DNA of 64,000 nt from Chiloscyllium plagiosum (GCF_004010195.1 NC_057720.1:15090687-15154686), one strand, 5' to 3'; shown: positions 51,665 through 63,215, counted from the first letter of the stretch. Program-made: numbers and translations. The notes: generated by a model not told the origin, from the sequence alone.

Positions 51665-52275
51665 GTGTCATAGTCACACAGCACAGAAATGGACCCTTCA
51701 GCCCAACCAGTCCATGCCGAACCTAATCCCAAACTAAACTAGTTCCACCTGCCTGCTCCTGGCCCATATACCTCAACCTTTCCTGTTTATGTATCTATCC
51801 AAATATCTTTTAAACGGTCTAATTGTACCCATGTCCACCACTTTCTCAAAGTTCATTCCACCTGCAAACCATCCTCTGTGGGGGAAAAAAAAATTGCCTC
51901 TAATGTCTTTTTAAAATCTCTCTCCTCTCACCTTTAACAATGTGCCCCCAATCTTGAAATTCCCCCATGTTAAGGAAAAGACAACAACCATTAAGTCTGT
52001 CGATACTTCATTATTTTATAAACTTCTATCAGACTGCCACTGAACCTCCAATGCTCCGGTGAGAAAAGTCCCAGCCTATCTAGCCTTTCTCTTCAACTCA
52101 AACCTTCCATACTTAACAACATCCTGGTAAATCTCATCTGAGCTCGCTCCAGTTTCATAATATCCTTCCTTCCTATCCTATGATATCCCATCCTTCCAAT
52201 AACTGGACGACCAGAACTGGACACGGTATTCCAGAAGAGGCCTCACCAATGTCCTGTACAACCTCAATGTGACTT
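51665..52275 (-). mobile_element. CR1 3' fragment
   Basis: EVTLRLYRTLVRPLLEYRVQFWS and a CR1 3' UTR. Confidence 0.88.
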
Positions 52276-52689
52276 CAAAGGCAAAGTATAGCCTTTCTTT
52301 AAATGTCTTTTTTTTTCCATCGCGAGTAGTAGGTGCAATGTGGTCTTTATTAAAAGAAAGTATCACTTTTTGAAGTTGGATTTTTGAAAACTTTGAAGCT
52401 GACTAGTCCTGGTACAGTCGTCGTGTTTTCAAGTTCAACAAGTCAACTTGGGACACTATCCTATTGAAAGTCCTAAGAAAGCATATGATTTCAGCAACCT
52501 GGGTAGCAGATCCTAGCAGGGGATTTGATGAAAAGATGCGATTTTTGTTTTTAAAAAAAAAACCTGTGCACTTAATTGCATTAATGAGGGAATATTGAAA
52601 GTATTGCTTTGAGACTTCATTTTTAAATTTCTAAATTACATTTATTCAGAACAACAGTAAGATTGAGAGGAAAACCTGTATTTTATTGG

Positions 52690-52790
52690 AAAGAAGAGCA
52701 GAAGTTGCTGGAAAAGCTCAGCAGGACTGGCAGCATTTTATGTAAAGAAATCTGAGTTAACAGTTCAGGTTGAGTAACCCTTCCTCTGAA
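52690..52790 (-). mobile_element. PLE family C single-arm insertion, 14-bp TSD (one mismatch)
   Basis: CTGTATTTTATTGG at 52676-52689 and CTGTATTGTATTGG at 52791-52804; insert ends at the hammerhead core. Confidence 0.8.
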
Positions 52791-53629
52791 CTGTATTGTA
52801 TTGGTCCACATTCACCTGTGCATTTATATTAGACACTACTCAGTTCATATAAGGTCCAATTTTCAACAATTGCCTTTCGTTTAGTAATTTTTTGAAACCA
52901 CAAGCAGAACTGAAAACAAAAATAAGTTCTGCTCGTGGTAAGAAATAGGTCACAAGACAGGTAAGGCAGTTACTGTTGACCTGGGAGGTTGTTATCAATG
53001 GTTGGTGAAACTGAAAGCTCCTATTCAACTTGAAGACCCATTGCTTTAGTGTTAAACTGTGTGCAGCAGTGGGACTTTCATCTCCTCTGTGTTAGGTTTC
53101 GACCCTGTTGACAGGTGAAAGGCTAATATCCAAACCAACTGCATCTTGTATTCCATCTTTCTCCCAACAAACACACTCAACATCAGAAAATTGCAATCTT
53201 GGTGAAATGAATCTGGCTTTGGTTGCATGTTCACATTCTATCAAAGCAATAGAAAAATAAATATTTATATCGTTGTAGCCATCAAGATATTTAGATTCTT
53301 CTCTTTGTGGTTCTGGGAAAATATTTGAGTGCAGCATGTTTTCCCCTCCTGCCTATGATAAAGAAAACACCTGTTCTAGTTAAAATGCTGAGCATGTTAT
53401 ATCTGTCTGAAAGGCACTACCTTGAATTAGTCTCATGTGGGTTATCTCCAACAAGTGTTGAACATTGCACATCTCAAAACGCAAACAGCCTTTTGAAGTA
53501 ATCCTCTGCTTTCTATAGTGTTGTGTATGGATATGATTATGTCTTTGGGCCTTTTAGAATTAGTAGTATGCCTCAGGATAATGTTGTAATCTGCCTCTGA
53601 TCAATTCTGTTCTGTCTTTGTATCCACAG

Positions 53630-53983
53630 CTTGTCCAGTAAGCAGTAAACTGACTAGATCACTTATGATAACTGAGTGGCAGTGAATTCTGATATAATCT
53701 AGACAAGAAGTAGAAATTTGGGGCCAACCTATTTTGAGTAATCAATGGAATTCAGATCCAGCTCTAGCATCTATTTTGGGAGCATTTCACCATTCTACAT
53801 TGTTCGTTTGTATCAACTCTGCTTTAACTTAGAAATTTCTGTCATTCACACTACGATTAATCTTTTATGGTTTTTAAAACTCTTATAAACTGGCTATGTC
53901 TTGACCTCTAATGGGTGGACTCTCTGCAGTGGATAAATAGTTGAGCTTCCTGTTTGTTTGAAAAAAAATCCCTTTCGGTACAG
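53630..53983 (+). other. Candidate internal non-coding (5' UTR) exon, 354 nt
   Basis: Acceptor TTCTGTTCTGTCTTTGTATCCACAG| and donor CAG|GTGAGT in repeat-free sequence; no open frame spans it. Confidence 0.45.
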
Positions 53984-54112
53984 GTGAGTGATATCTATGA
54001 AAAGCCGTGTCCTCATGGGGAAACAGGAAGGAAAAGGACAGGGCGATAAAATGACATACCTCAGTCAGTTGTTTCTCCTGATGTCCACACCAGCCATGTA
54101 ATGGAGAAGATG

Positions 54113-54366
54113 GTTAAAAATCACACAACACCAGCTTATAGTCCAACAGGTTTAATTGGAAGCACTAGCTTTCAGAGTGCTGCTCCTTCATCAGGTGGTT
54201 ATCTGGGAAAATATGAGTGCAACATGTTTTCCATTCCCCTCCTGCCTATGATAGGTAAAACACCTGTTCTAGTTAAAATGCTGAGCATGATACCTGGTGG
54301 ATTATAACCTGGTGTTGTGATTTTTGACTTTGTACACCCTAGTCCAACACTGGCATCTCCATATCT
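54113..54366. mobile_element. PLE family A mini palindrome, 13-bp TSD TGGAGAAGATGGT, with a captured genomic spacer
   Basis: TSD at 54102-54114 and 54367-54379; 54202-54289 duplicates 53312-53396. Confidence 0.9.
54163..54197 (-). ncRNA. Minimal hammerhead ribozyme motif, family A
   Basis: Minus strand: CAC-CTGATGA-A-GGAGCAGCACTCT-GAAA-GCTA-GTG; stem I is CAC/GTG. Confidence 0.65.
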
Positions 54367-55359
54367 TGGAGAAGATGGTATGCCTCTCGTCAGCCAGTGT
54401 GACACTAAGCATTTCTCCTAGCCATTTCTCATTCATTCCTCCTTTTTCCACTGATCTTTCCTGCCCAGTGGCCAGATGTTTGCAGAGCACAGATGACTAT
54501 TTACAACATTTTAAAATTGGTTACAGGACCAAGATACATTAGACCCATGCCCATTTTTGGCCAATACAATTCTTGTCAGGAGGAGAAAGCAGCTAGGACG
54601 TGAGCTGTAAATGTACAAAACATTAATCTTCTGGACAGCTTGAAAATACTGCTGAATTTGGATAGACCTTATTTTTGCTCGGCTAAGGACATTGACCAAG
54701 AGTGTGGGAGCCAAAACTCCCTCATCTGTGCATTTGTAAAGGGCAGGTAGAGTTGAAAGTGTGATGATTTGAAGTCATTTAAATCCCCAGCCCTTTCAAA
54801 AATAAGTTGGGCTAGAACTGTCAGCTTTTTGAAACAAAAATGTTGCAGGCATTTGGTCCCATCTTATTCTCTAAAGTACACACCTAGTTGGCTGGGATAT
54901 TTACTCTTTGGTGATGCTGCTATGAAACACTTTGGGGATGTTTTATGCTGAGGATGCACACCCAATGCAAACTTTTTGATCATATTTGAGGCTGCATTGT
55001 AAACTTGTTTAGATTCTGTCAGGTGACTCACTAAAGCTTTGACTTGTAAAGTTAAAGTTTCCAGGTTTGCCTTTTACTTGACCAAGATGAGGACTTTTAA
55101 TAGAGACTCTGCAGATCTTTGAAAGAAAGCTTCCTCTTAAACCTGGGTTGCTGGTATCTGAGGTCAACTTGATATTTTTATGACCTCATGGACTCTGTAC
55201 CATAAGACTTTAAAGAAAAAAAGTTAAAATCTTGCCCTCCTGTTGTGCTAATTGTCTAATAAGTGAGAATTGCAACAAATTCAATTGCTGCTGCTAATGG
55301 TCAATAATGTATAACACTGGTATAATTGAAGATGCATTTCTCAAGAAAATTCACTTCGA

Positions 55360-55530
55360 GCCATACAGCATGGAAACAGACTCTTTGGTTCAACCAGTCC
55401 TAGCTGACTATGTTCCCAAACTAAACTAGTCGCACCTGCCTTCGCTTGGCCCATATCCCTCCAAACCTTTCCTATTTATGAGCTTATCCAAATGTCTTTT
55501 AAACACCTGTGATTGTACCTGCGTCCACTA
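55360..55530 (-). mobile_element. CR1 3' UTR fragment
   Basis: Matches 43125-43290. Confidence 0.75.
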
Positions 55531-56101
55531 ACTTGTAGTGGAAAAAATAGAACCTGCAAATGGAAGAGAAATTCTGAGAGATCTGAATTCGATGAATGAC
55601 TCCGTTGTAGGAGGTGCTTGGATTGTGTCCGAAACAAGATACTAGTTAACCAGAGGTTAATAAATCTTAATTTGTTCTGCAGCAGTTAGGAGAACTGAGT
55701 CACTGGTGTTGCCAGTGCTGATTACATTTTAAGAAGAAATAATTCGTGGATTGTGAGTGGCCAAGACCAGCATTTAAAGTCCATCCATAATTGCCCTTGA
55801 GGTGAGTGGTGAGCCACTGCAATCTATCCGAAAAATCTGAGCAACCAGTTAAATAAGCTGTTTCACACTGTTACTATGTTGTGGCTATGTGAGTGGCATT
55901 TCCCACTAACTGGATGCTGCTGTCAGTTCAGAGAGACCTCCTGCCTCCCCCCACAATTGAGCAATGTAGTGTGTGATTTTCATTATTAGGCTGCGAATCC
56001 CTACAGTAAGGCAAGGGATGTGAAGTCACCATAGTCCCAGGGGACTGTCTGCATTGAAGGGAGATGACTGGTGGTTAGATCAATCTGAGGGTGGCAACAT
56101 T

Positions 56102-56393
56102 TAGAATCATAGCATCCCTGCAGTGCTGAAAGAGGCTGTTTGGCTTTAGAGTTTGCACTGACCTGCCAAAGAGCATCCTGCCCAGACCTAGTTCTCCTAT
56201 GCTATCCATGGCTAGTCCACCTAGCCTGCCCATCTTTGGACTGTGGGAGGAAACGGGAGTACCCAGAGGAAACCCTCTCCGACACAGGGAGAATGTGCAA
56301 ACTCCACACACATTCGTCAGAGGCTGGAATCAAACCCAGGTCCCTAGCACTGTGATGCAGCAGTGAGCTAACCACTGAGCCACCGTGCCACCC
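56102..56393 (-). mobile_element. HE1-like V-SINE nested in an older tRNA-headed SINE (about 55995-56550, -)
   Basis: GGGTGGCACGGTGGCTCAGTGGTTAGC head and V-domain; host head GATAGTTCGGTTGGCTGAATGG on the minus strand near 56545. Confidence 0.88.
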
Positions 56394-59300
56394 TAAACTC
56401 AGGTGAGGGGCAAGGTTGAGAGGGCAGGATCTTCATGATGACTTCAGCCCCCACCATTCAGGTTCCACACCAGCTGAAGGACCCGTTCTTGTGCTGTGCT
56501 GTTGCTTTGCTGCATTACAAGTCAGCCATTCAGCCAACCGAACTATCTACCTTGCAGTTGGTGGATTGAAATCATGAGTTCCAAGATTTTGACCCAGTGA
56601 CAGTGAGGGAGCAGTGGTATAATTGAGTCAGGATGGTGAGTGGCTTGGAGGGGAACTTTGAACATGGTAGTGGTGTCTTGATGTACCTGCTGCCCTTGTC
56701 CTTCTGGATGGAAGGGATCATGGGAAGGTGTTGTTGAAAGCGACTTAATGAGCTGCTGTAGTTTTTTGGTGGTGGACTAAGTTGTCACAGCATTGATGTT
56801 GAGGGAGTCAATATTGAAAGTGATAGATCAGCTGCTTTATCCTGGAGATACTGTGGACCCTGAGCTTTATTGGAGCTGCACCCATCCAGACAAGCATTCC
56901 CTTACACTCCACACTTTGCGTTTGGAGATGATGGGCAGGCTTTTGAGGAGTTTGGACATGTTCTGATTCAATTTATATATTCATGTAATACTACTTATGG
57001 ATGACTACTGCTTTCTCATATATAAAAATTAACTTTTTTCTCTGTGGGATCCTTGTATGGCAGATTTAAACTTCTATCCAAAGTGGCTGAGAGACTGGAT
57101 GTTCACAAAGTCATCTCTTGAATTTTGGAAGTGAATGGCAAAGATTAGCACTTATGAATGTTTTATATCTGAAATTTCAACTTCACTACTGAGTTTTATT
57201 TAAGAATCCCTACAGTGTGAAAACAGGCCATTTGGCCCAACAAGTCCATACCGACCCATTCCCCTACCCTATTACTCTACAGAGTTGAGTACCAATTTTA
57301 CATATGGTATTGTAAGTTGTGCATGAATGCCTTGTAGTAGAAATTGCACAGTTTGCTTGAGTATTGCTCTCAAACATATTAACAGTGGGAACAGCGTTTT
57401 AATAGTTTTGGAGTTAAACCCTCACTTGGATGTCTGAATGTTGAGATTTGAGCACCGTTTTGTTATTGGAACTGCTTTTCTTTTCAATCAAGACTTTTCA
57501 TTTGTATTTTTACAAGAAAAATACAATGACAATAAATTCTTAATTCTACTATTGCAGGCTATTAAGACCAATTAATGCACACACTTCCTCTACAGCTTAG
57601 TAACTATTCTCTTACAAAGTAGATCATCATGTGATTGATGCCATCAGATTACTGATAATGCATTGTTAACACTGTCTCTATCTCATTTCTGGGAAGCTAG
57701 GTTCAGCTTAATGGGGCTATGAAAAGTGCAATCTGATGAAAAGCCATCTCGGCTCAGAGTTGGCTTGCTCTCTCTAAGAACATTGTCTACCGTGCTGTGA
57801 TCTCTAGCATTTGTTTCCAGTACAGATTCCAGCATCTGCCGTAATTTGCTTCTGCAACCTGCATGTCGTTGGCAGGAATTCAGTGCTTGCGTTTGATGCA
57901 CTGCTTGTTCTGTTGAAATTCAGGGTTCCTCATGAGGTGCAAAGGTTTGTCACAACGCCGGCTCTGCAGTTGGAGCTCTTTACCCCAGTCCATATTTACC
58001 TCTATCAGGCTATCTCTCTACAGGTACATTCTGGCAAAAAAAATGCAGTCTTTCTTAATAGGTCAGCTATGAGTAGTGTTGTTATCAGTGAATTCCTCAT
58101 GAATTCTTTACATCATCTAACCGTAGAGAAATCAAGGTCTCACTGTTTTCTTTTAAGCACCATGGAAATGAAGCATATTTAAACAACAGAATAATTCTCA
58201 TGACTTGCCAAGTTCCTTCAGTAACCACGTGCATATTTTTTAAACTAGGTTACCGGGTACTCTGCAGGGACACATCTCTATATTGTGTGTGGGCTATTAT
58301 ACAGCTGTGCTCTGCATGTAAAGGGTAGCCACAGACACCACATATAATGGAAATCATCCATATAACCAAAAAATGTACTTCTGGCCTCCCCCTTCCCCTC
58401 GCTTCCACAGATAGAAATCTTCCAAAAGCAAATCCAGCCCCTGATTCCAGAATTATCTCATCATTGCTGATGAGCAACATAAGAGCATGTACAGCCTTTG
58501 AGGTATCAGTAGATCTCCTTTCTGTATCTGTAGAGACGTGCCAAACCTCTGCCCAGCACCATTATCAGAAATTCAAGGTAAACTGTTTACTTAAGAATTA
58601 GATGTTAACCGATGTTTATGAATCTAGCAAAGGCATCAGTCAGACCGCAGCTATGAACAGTTTTGGGCCTCCTTTCTGCCTAAGGAAAGATATTTAGCAA
58701 CCTTTTTTATTATCCAGCACCAATGGATTCCGGAGTGCATTGGTTGATCAGATATTCCGGATAGTAAAGTAATGCAGGGGATATACACATCACTGTTATC
58801 CTTTTATAGCATAAATCACTCAAATAATCTGACTTTGCCTTAAATAAAACTTACCGGGAGAGAGACCTCTTGCTACTCTGATAACGCAACAGATTGGAAT
58901 ATGAGAACAAATTGAATGAACTGTTGCTATTTCACATGGCCACTCAATTGAACAACAAGTATATTTATACTGAGGTAAGTAACTCAAAAACTGTAATAAT
59001 TGGACGGAATAACACAATAAACCTCGCGGTATTTGAGGTGTATAATTTTGGCCGGTTTGTCAAGGTTGCCAGTTCAGGAGATGCCGGTTAAAACAAACCT
59101 TGCTGTACTAACATTGCAGGCAGTCCAGTTCAGTGGGCCCACCGTAGGTATGGAGGGCCAGCCTTAGGAAGAGAGGTTGAGTATTGGACCTGTAGTCATT
59201 GGATTCCAGAAGAATGAGAGGCAAGCTCATCAAAACAAGATTCTAGGGAAACTCGACAGGTTAAATGCACTTCACCTTTTGGAAGATTCTAGGACCAGAG

Positions 59301-59557
59301 GATATGATTAAGTGGTAACCCTTTTAAGACTGAAGAGGAGGAATTTCTTTTCCTGAGGGTAGTGCATCCTGTGGCATTATCTGTCTCAGAGGGCTGTTGA
59401 GGCTGAATTGATTTGATTTATTTAATGTGATGTGTATTTTGTTACGAAAAATGTTGTATAGCATTGCCACTGTCCAGCGCCATCTTAAAACACAGAAAGA
59501 AACCAAAACATAGAATATGAAGGAAGAAAAATGAAGATGTAAAATGTCCAATTTTAT

Positions 59558-59668
59558 CAAGTTAAAAATCTCACAACACCAGGTTATAGTCAAACCGGCT
59601 GGACTATAACCTGGTGTTGTGTGATTTTTAACTTTATGTACCCCAGTCCAACACCGGCATCTTCAAAT
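59558..59668. mobile_element. PLE family A mini palindrome, perfect 15-bp TSD AATGTCCAATTTTAT
   Basis: TSD at 59543-59557 and 59669-59683; about 32-bp arms plus tail. Confidence 0.9.
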
Positions 59669-60349
59669 AATGTCCAATTTTATAGTTCTTGTTAAGTGTT
59701 GGGCCATGGGCCATACGTCATGGGTCCAGTGGGCAGATACAAACCCCCCATCGCCACCTTGCTGCTACAGGATCAGAAGTTACCATTCCTTGGCACCATC
59801 TTGCTTCCACTGATACTCTCGCCACTGAGTCCTTGCTGGAGCTTGCCAGTGCAGGCACCACCGATGCTACTGCATCACATAGTGGGCCCAAACCTGCCTC
59901 TGCCATGAGTTGGCGCAAGGGAACACTAACACACCTCTGCCATCGACACTTGCCCGTGCTGCTGTGTTTACTCCAATTTGCGCTGCTGGGCCTGCTCACT
60001 GATCCTGTTATCATGACGACTGAGCTCTTCACCAAAAGGGAAGTAAAATAAAATAGAAGGGGGAAAAAAAATGAAAAGAGCAAATGAGCCCTGAGCTCAG
60101 AAGCCCTACTCCTCCACTATCTTACCAGAGTATAGTTAAGAATATTCAAGGCTGTGAGAGATTTTTAATTAATGATGAATTGGAGGGTTATGCGGAAAAA
60201 GCAGGAAGGTGGAGTCGAGGATTATGAGATCAGCCATGATTTCATTGAATGGGAGAGCAGACTCAATGGGCTGAATGGCCTACTTCTATTCCTACAACTC
60301 ATGGTCCGGTTGAATTTGCTCCATTCCCAGTGCTCAAAATTGAGGCTTA

Positions 60350-60980
60350 TTTGAAGTTCATTACAAGACTCTGAGCTTCCAGTGGCCTGCCATTTCAACA
60401 CACTACCTTATTTCTTGGCCATTATCTCTGCCTCAGGCTTACTGCAGTGCTCCAGTGCAACTCAACGCAAGCTAGAAGAAAAGCATCTCATTTTCTGCAT
60501 GGGAATCCTGCAGCTTTCTGGACTCCATCTCGAGTTTAGCAATTTTAGGGCTTGAAGCAACTTCTCCCATGCCCTTACCCCTTACTGTGCCTTGTTGTCA
60601 CATGGTTTTCAATTACACACAACACATTGTTAGCCACTAACAGTCCCCATTATAGTAAATATTCCTTTTTCCTAAGCTGATTATTATCCACTCCTTTTGT
60701 CTGTCCCACTGTCCCCGTCTCTCTTTTTTGGGGTCTATTTCCAGCAAACATCTACTCCTTAACCCCTGTCTGTGTCCCTGTCCCTGTCTCCCCTCCCGCC
60801 ACACGCACGCACGCGCACACACCAAAACCCCCATCTACTACATAACAAACGACCTCCTATTTCTTCCTAGCTTTGATCAGTTCTGAAGAAGGGTAACCGG
60901 ACCTGAAACACTACCTCTGATGTCTTTCCAGATACTGCCAGACCTGCTGAGTATTGCCAGCGATTTCTGTTTTTGTTTCT
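60350..60980 (+). mobile_element. PLE family C 3' portion: GIY-YIG C-terminus and pLTR with hammerhead
   Basis: LPVACHFN and RKLEEKHLIFCMGILQ; GTT-CTGAAGA-A-GGGT..ACCT-GAAAC at 60880-60909. Confidence 0.78.
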
Positions 60981-60984
60981 TGTT

Positions 60985-61310
60985 GGGCAGTACGGTGGCT
61001 CAGTGGTTAGTACTGCTGCCTCATAGCACCAGGGTCCCAAGTCCGATTCCAGCCTCGGGCGACTGCCTGTGTGGGGTTTGCACATTCTCCCCGTGTCTGC
61101 ATGGGTTTCCTCTGGGTGCTCCGGTTTCCTCCCACAGTCCAAAGATGTGCAGATTAGGTGAATTAGCCATGCTAAATTGCCCATAGTGTTAGGTACCCAT
61201 AGTGTTAGTCAGAGGGAACTGGGTCTGGGTTGGTTGCTCTTCGGAGGGTTGGTGTGGACTTGTTGGGCCGAAGGGCCTATAGGAAATCTAAATTAAATCT
61301 TAAAAAATCT
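60985..61310 (+). mobile_element. HE1-like V-SINE, full length
   Basis: tRNA-like A/B boxes and V-domain; near-identical to the reverse complement of 32053-32372. Confidence 0.92.
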
Positions 61311-61459
61311 AATTGTGTTCTTCCATGAGGTGGATAGCTAAACATATTCTGGGAACTGAAAGCATGATTTTGCCTTTTTTTTTGCTCTCCGGAAACTGCC
61401 GTCCTTACCTGGTCTGGCCTATACAGGACTCCAGACCCACAGCAATGTGGCTGATTCTA

Positions 61460-61820
61460 AAGAACAATACAGCATAGGAACCTTCAACTCTCCAAGCCTG
61501 TACCGACACATTTTGTCCTTCCATGCTAAAACTGTCTTCATTTAGAGGATCCTCTATTCCCTTCCTATTCATGTATTTGTCCAGGTGCTTCTTGAATGCT
61601 GCTATTGTATCTGCTTCCACCACCACCTCTAGCAGTGTGTTCCAGACACTCCCCACCCTTTGTATGAAAAACCTGCCTCGCACATCTGTTTTTAATCCCC
61701 CCCCCCAAACCCTGCACTTTCAACCCGTGTCCCCTAGTAATTGACCCGTCCACCCTGGGAAAAAGCTTCATATTTTCCACACTCTATCCATGCCATTCCT
61801 GATCTTTTAAACTTGTATCT
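61460..61820 (-). mobile_element. CR1 3' fragment inserted into a SINE/LINE tail (61395-61890)
   Basis: RGRFFIQRVGSVWNTL; host GCAATGTGGCTGATTCT resumes as TAGTTGCCC..GGATGGGCAATAAATG. Confidence 0.8.
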
Positions 61821-62819
61821 TAGTTGCCCTTTGGACAACTAAGGATGGGCAATAAATGGCCTAACTAGTGATGTCAATATACCATGAACAAATTTTAAAA
61901 AAGGTTATTAGCTGAGTCAGGGGCTGATCTGTGCAAAGCTGCTCAGGCCTGCTTTGGATCTGAAAGTGTCGTTCAGCAAACGTTTTGAGATGCTGAAACC
62001 AAATAAGGACTTGTTGCAATGACTGCCTTTGCTGTGTTGTTGTAAACAATCCTGTTGGGAGGATGTGGGAAGAGACGATAAAATGGGCTGCAATGTGATT
62101 TCCTTAATGTTGGCAGCAGATTCTCGGTAACTGTTGGTAATGAAAGGTGGCATGAGATTTATTAAGACTCCTTGTCAAGTAATCAGTTACTGTAATCTAT
62201 GATACTCTGTGTATTGTTAACCCAATGTCCCTCTTACCTGGGTTGATTGTAGCTTAACTTGACAGAATTAAAGTTTCCCTTCTAAGATAGTTCTGAAGGT
62301 TATTTTGAAAACTCCTCCATTTCAGTAGTCTTGACTGTTAAGCAAAGTAAAATCGCTTCTAGCACCAAATAGTCAGTTTTACTCTGTTCTGTTTTGAGAA
62401 AGCGATCTTGGCACATTAAAAAAGGACTTCCATGTATAATGTATTTCATAACCTTTTGACATCTGAATGTTTCTAGAATGAATGGAATACCTTTTGAAGT
62501 ACACTTGCTATTGTCATGTAGGAAATGTTACAGTGAACAACAAGTTCCTACAAAGAGACATGTGTTAACGACCAGCCCAGTGTCTGGAAGGAATGGGGCC
62601 CTGTTTCTTTATTCAGAAGAGAGCCAAAAGAACATTTTAGGAAGTGGGAATATGTTTACATGTGACAATATTTTATCAAACTGATTTATTTTTTGTGACA
62701 CATTTATTTTTCTAACTTGTTTCTTTATAACTGGAATCCTAGTGAATAGAGTCCAGTGCACGATAGTTCACCGTGCTATACAACATTGCAATAGGTCACC
62801 AAGCTTCATATCATCATTC

Positions 62820-63106
62820 TTAGATTACTTAGTGTGGAAACAGGCCCTTCAGCCCAACAAGCCCACTCCGGCCTTCCGAAGAGCAACCCACCCAGACCCA
62901 TTCCCCTACATTTACCTCTTCACCTAAGACTACGGGCAATTTAACAATTCACCTAACCTGCACATTCCGGAGCACCTGGAGGAAACCTACGCAGTCACAG
63001 GGAGAATGTGCAAACTCCACACAGACAGTTGCCTGAAGCGGGAATTGAACCCAGGTCTCTGGCACTGTGAGGCAGCAGTGCTAACCACTGTGCCACCATG
63101 CCGCCC
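62820..63106 (-). mobile_element. HE1-like V-SINE with an internal deletion
   Basis: Head GGGCGGCATGGTGGCACAGTGGTTAGCACTGCTG and V-domain on the minus strand. Confidence 0.9.
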
Positions 63107-63215
63107 AGGAATGCCTTTTAAAAATAATGCCTTTAAAACTTTGTCCTTCCTCTTTCCAAATTAAAGCAAGTGGAAACCAGCTAAAATGTACACCTGAAAT
63201 AAAACTCAAGTTAGT

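Noticed and set aside
58380..58980. Splice-like signals (acceptor at 58410, donors at 58578 and 58975, minus-strand donor at 58855)
   Set aside because: Implied peptides are unrecognisable, signals conflict between strands, and part overlaps a possible transposon relic.
33436..59683. Dispersed repeat-spacer-repeat palindromes as CRISPR-like arrays
   Set aside because: Eukaryotic context, no regular array, no cas genes; the repeats match PLE pLTRs.
60985..61060. tRNA gene
   Set aside because: A/B boxes continue directly into the V-SINE body; same at 32372, 56393 and 63106.
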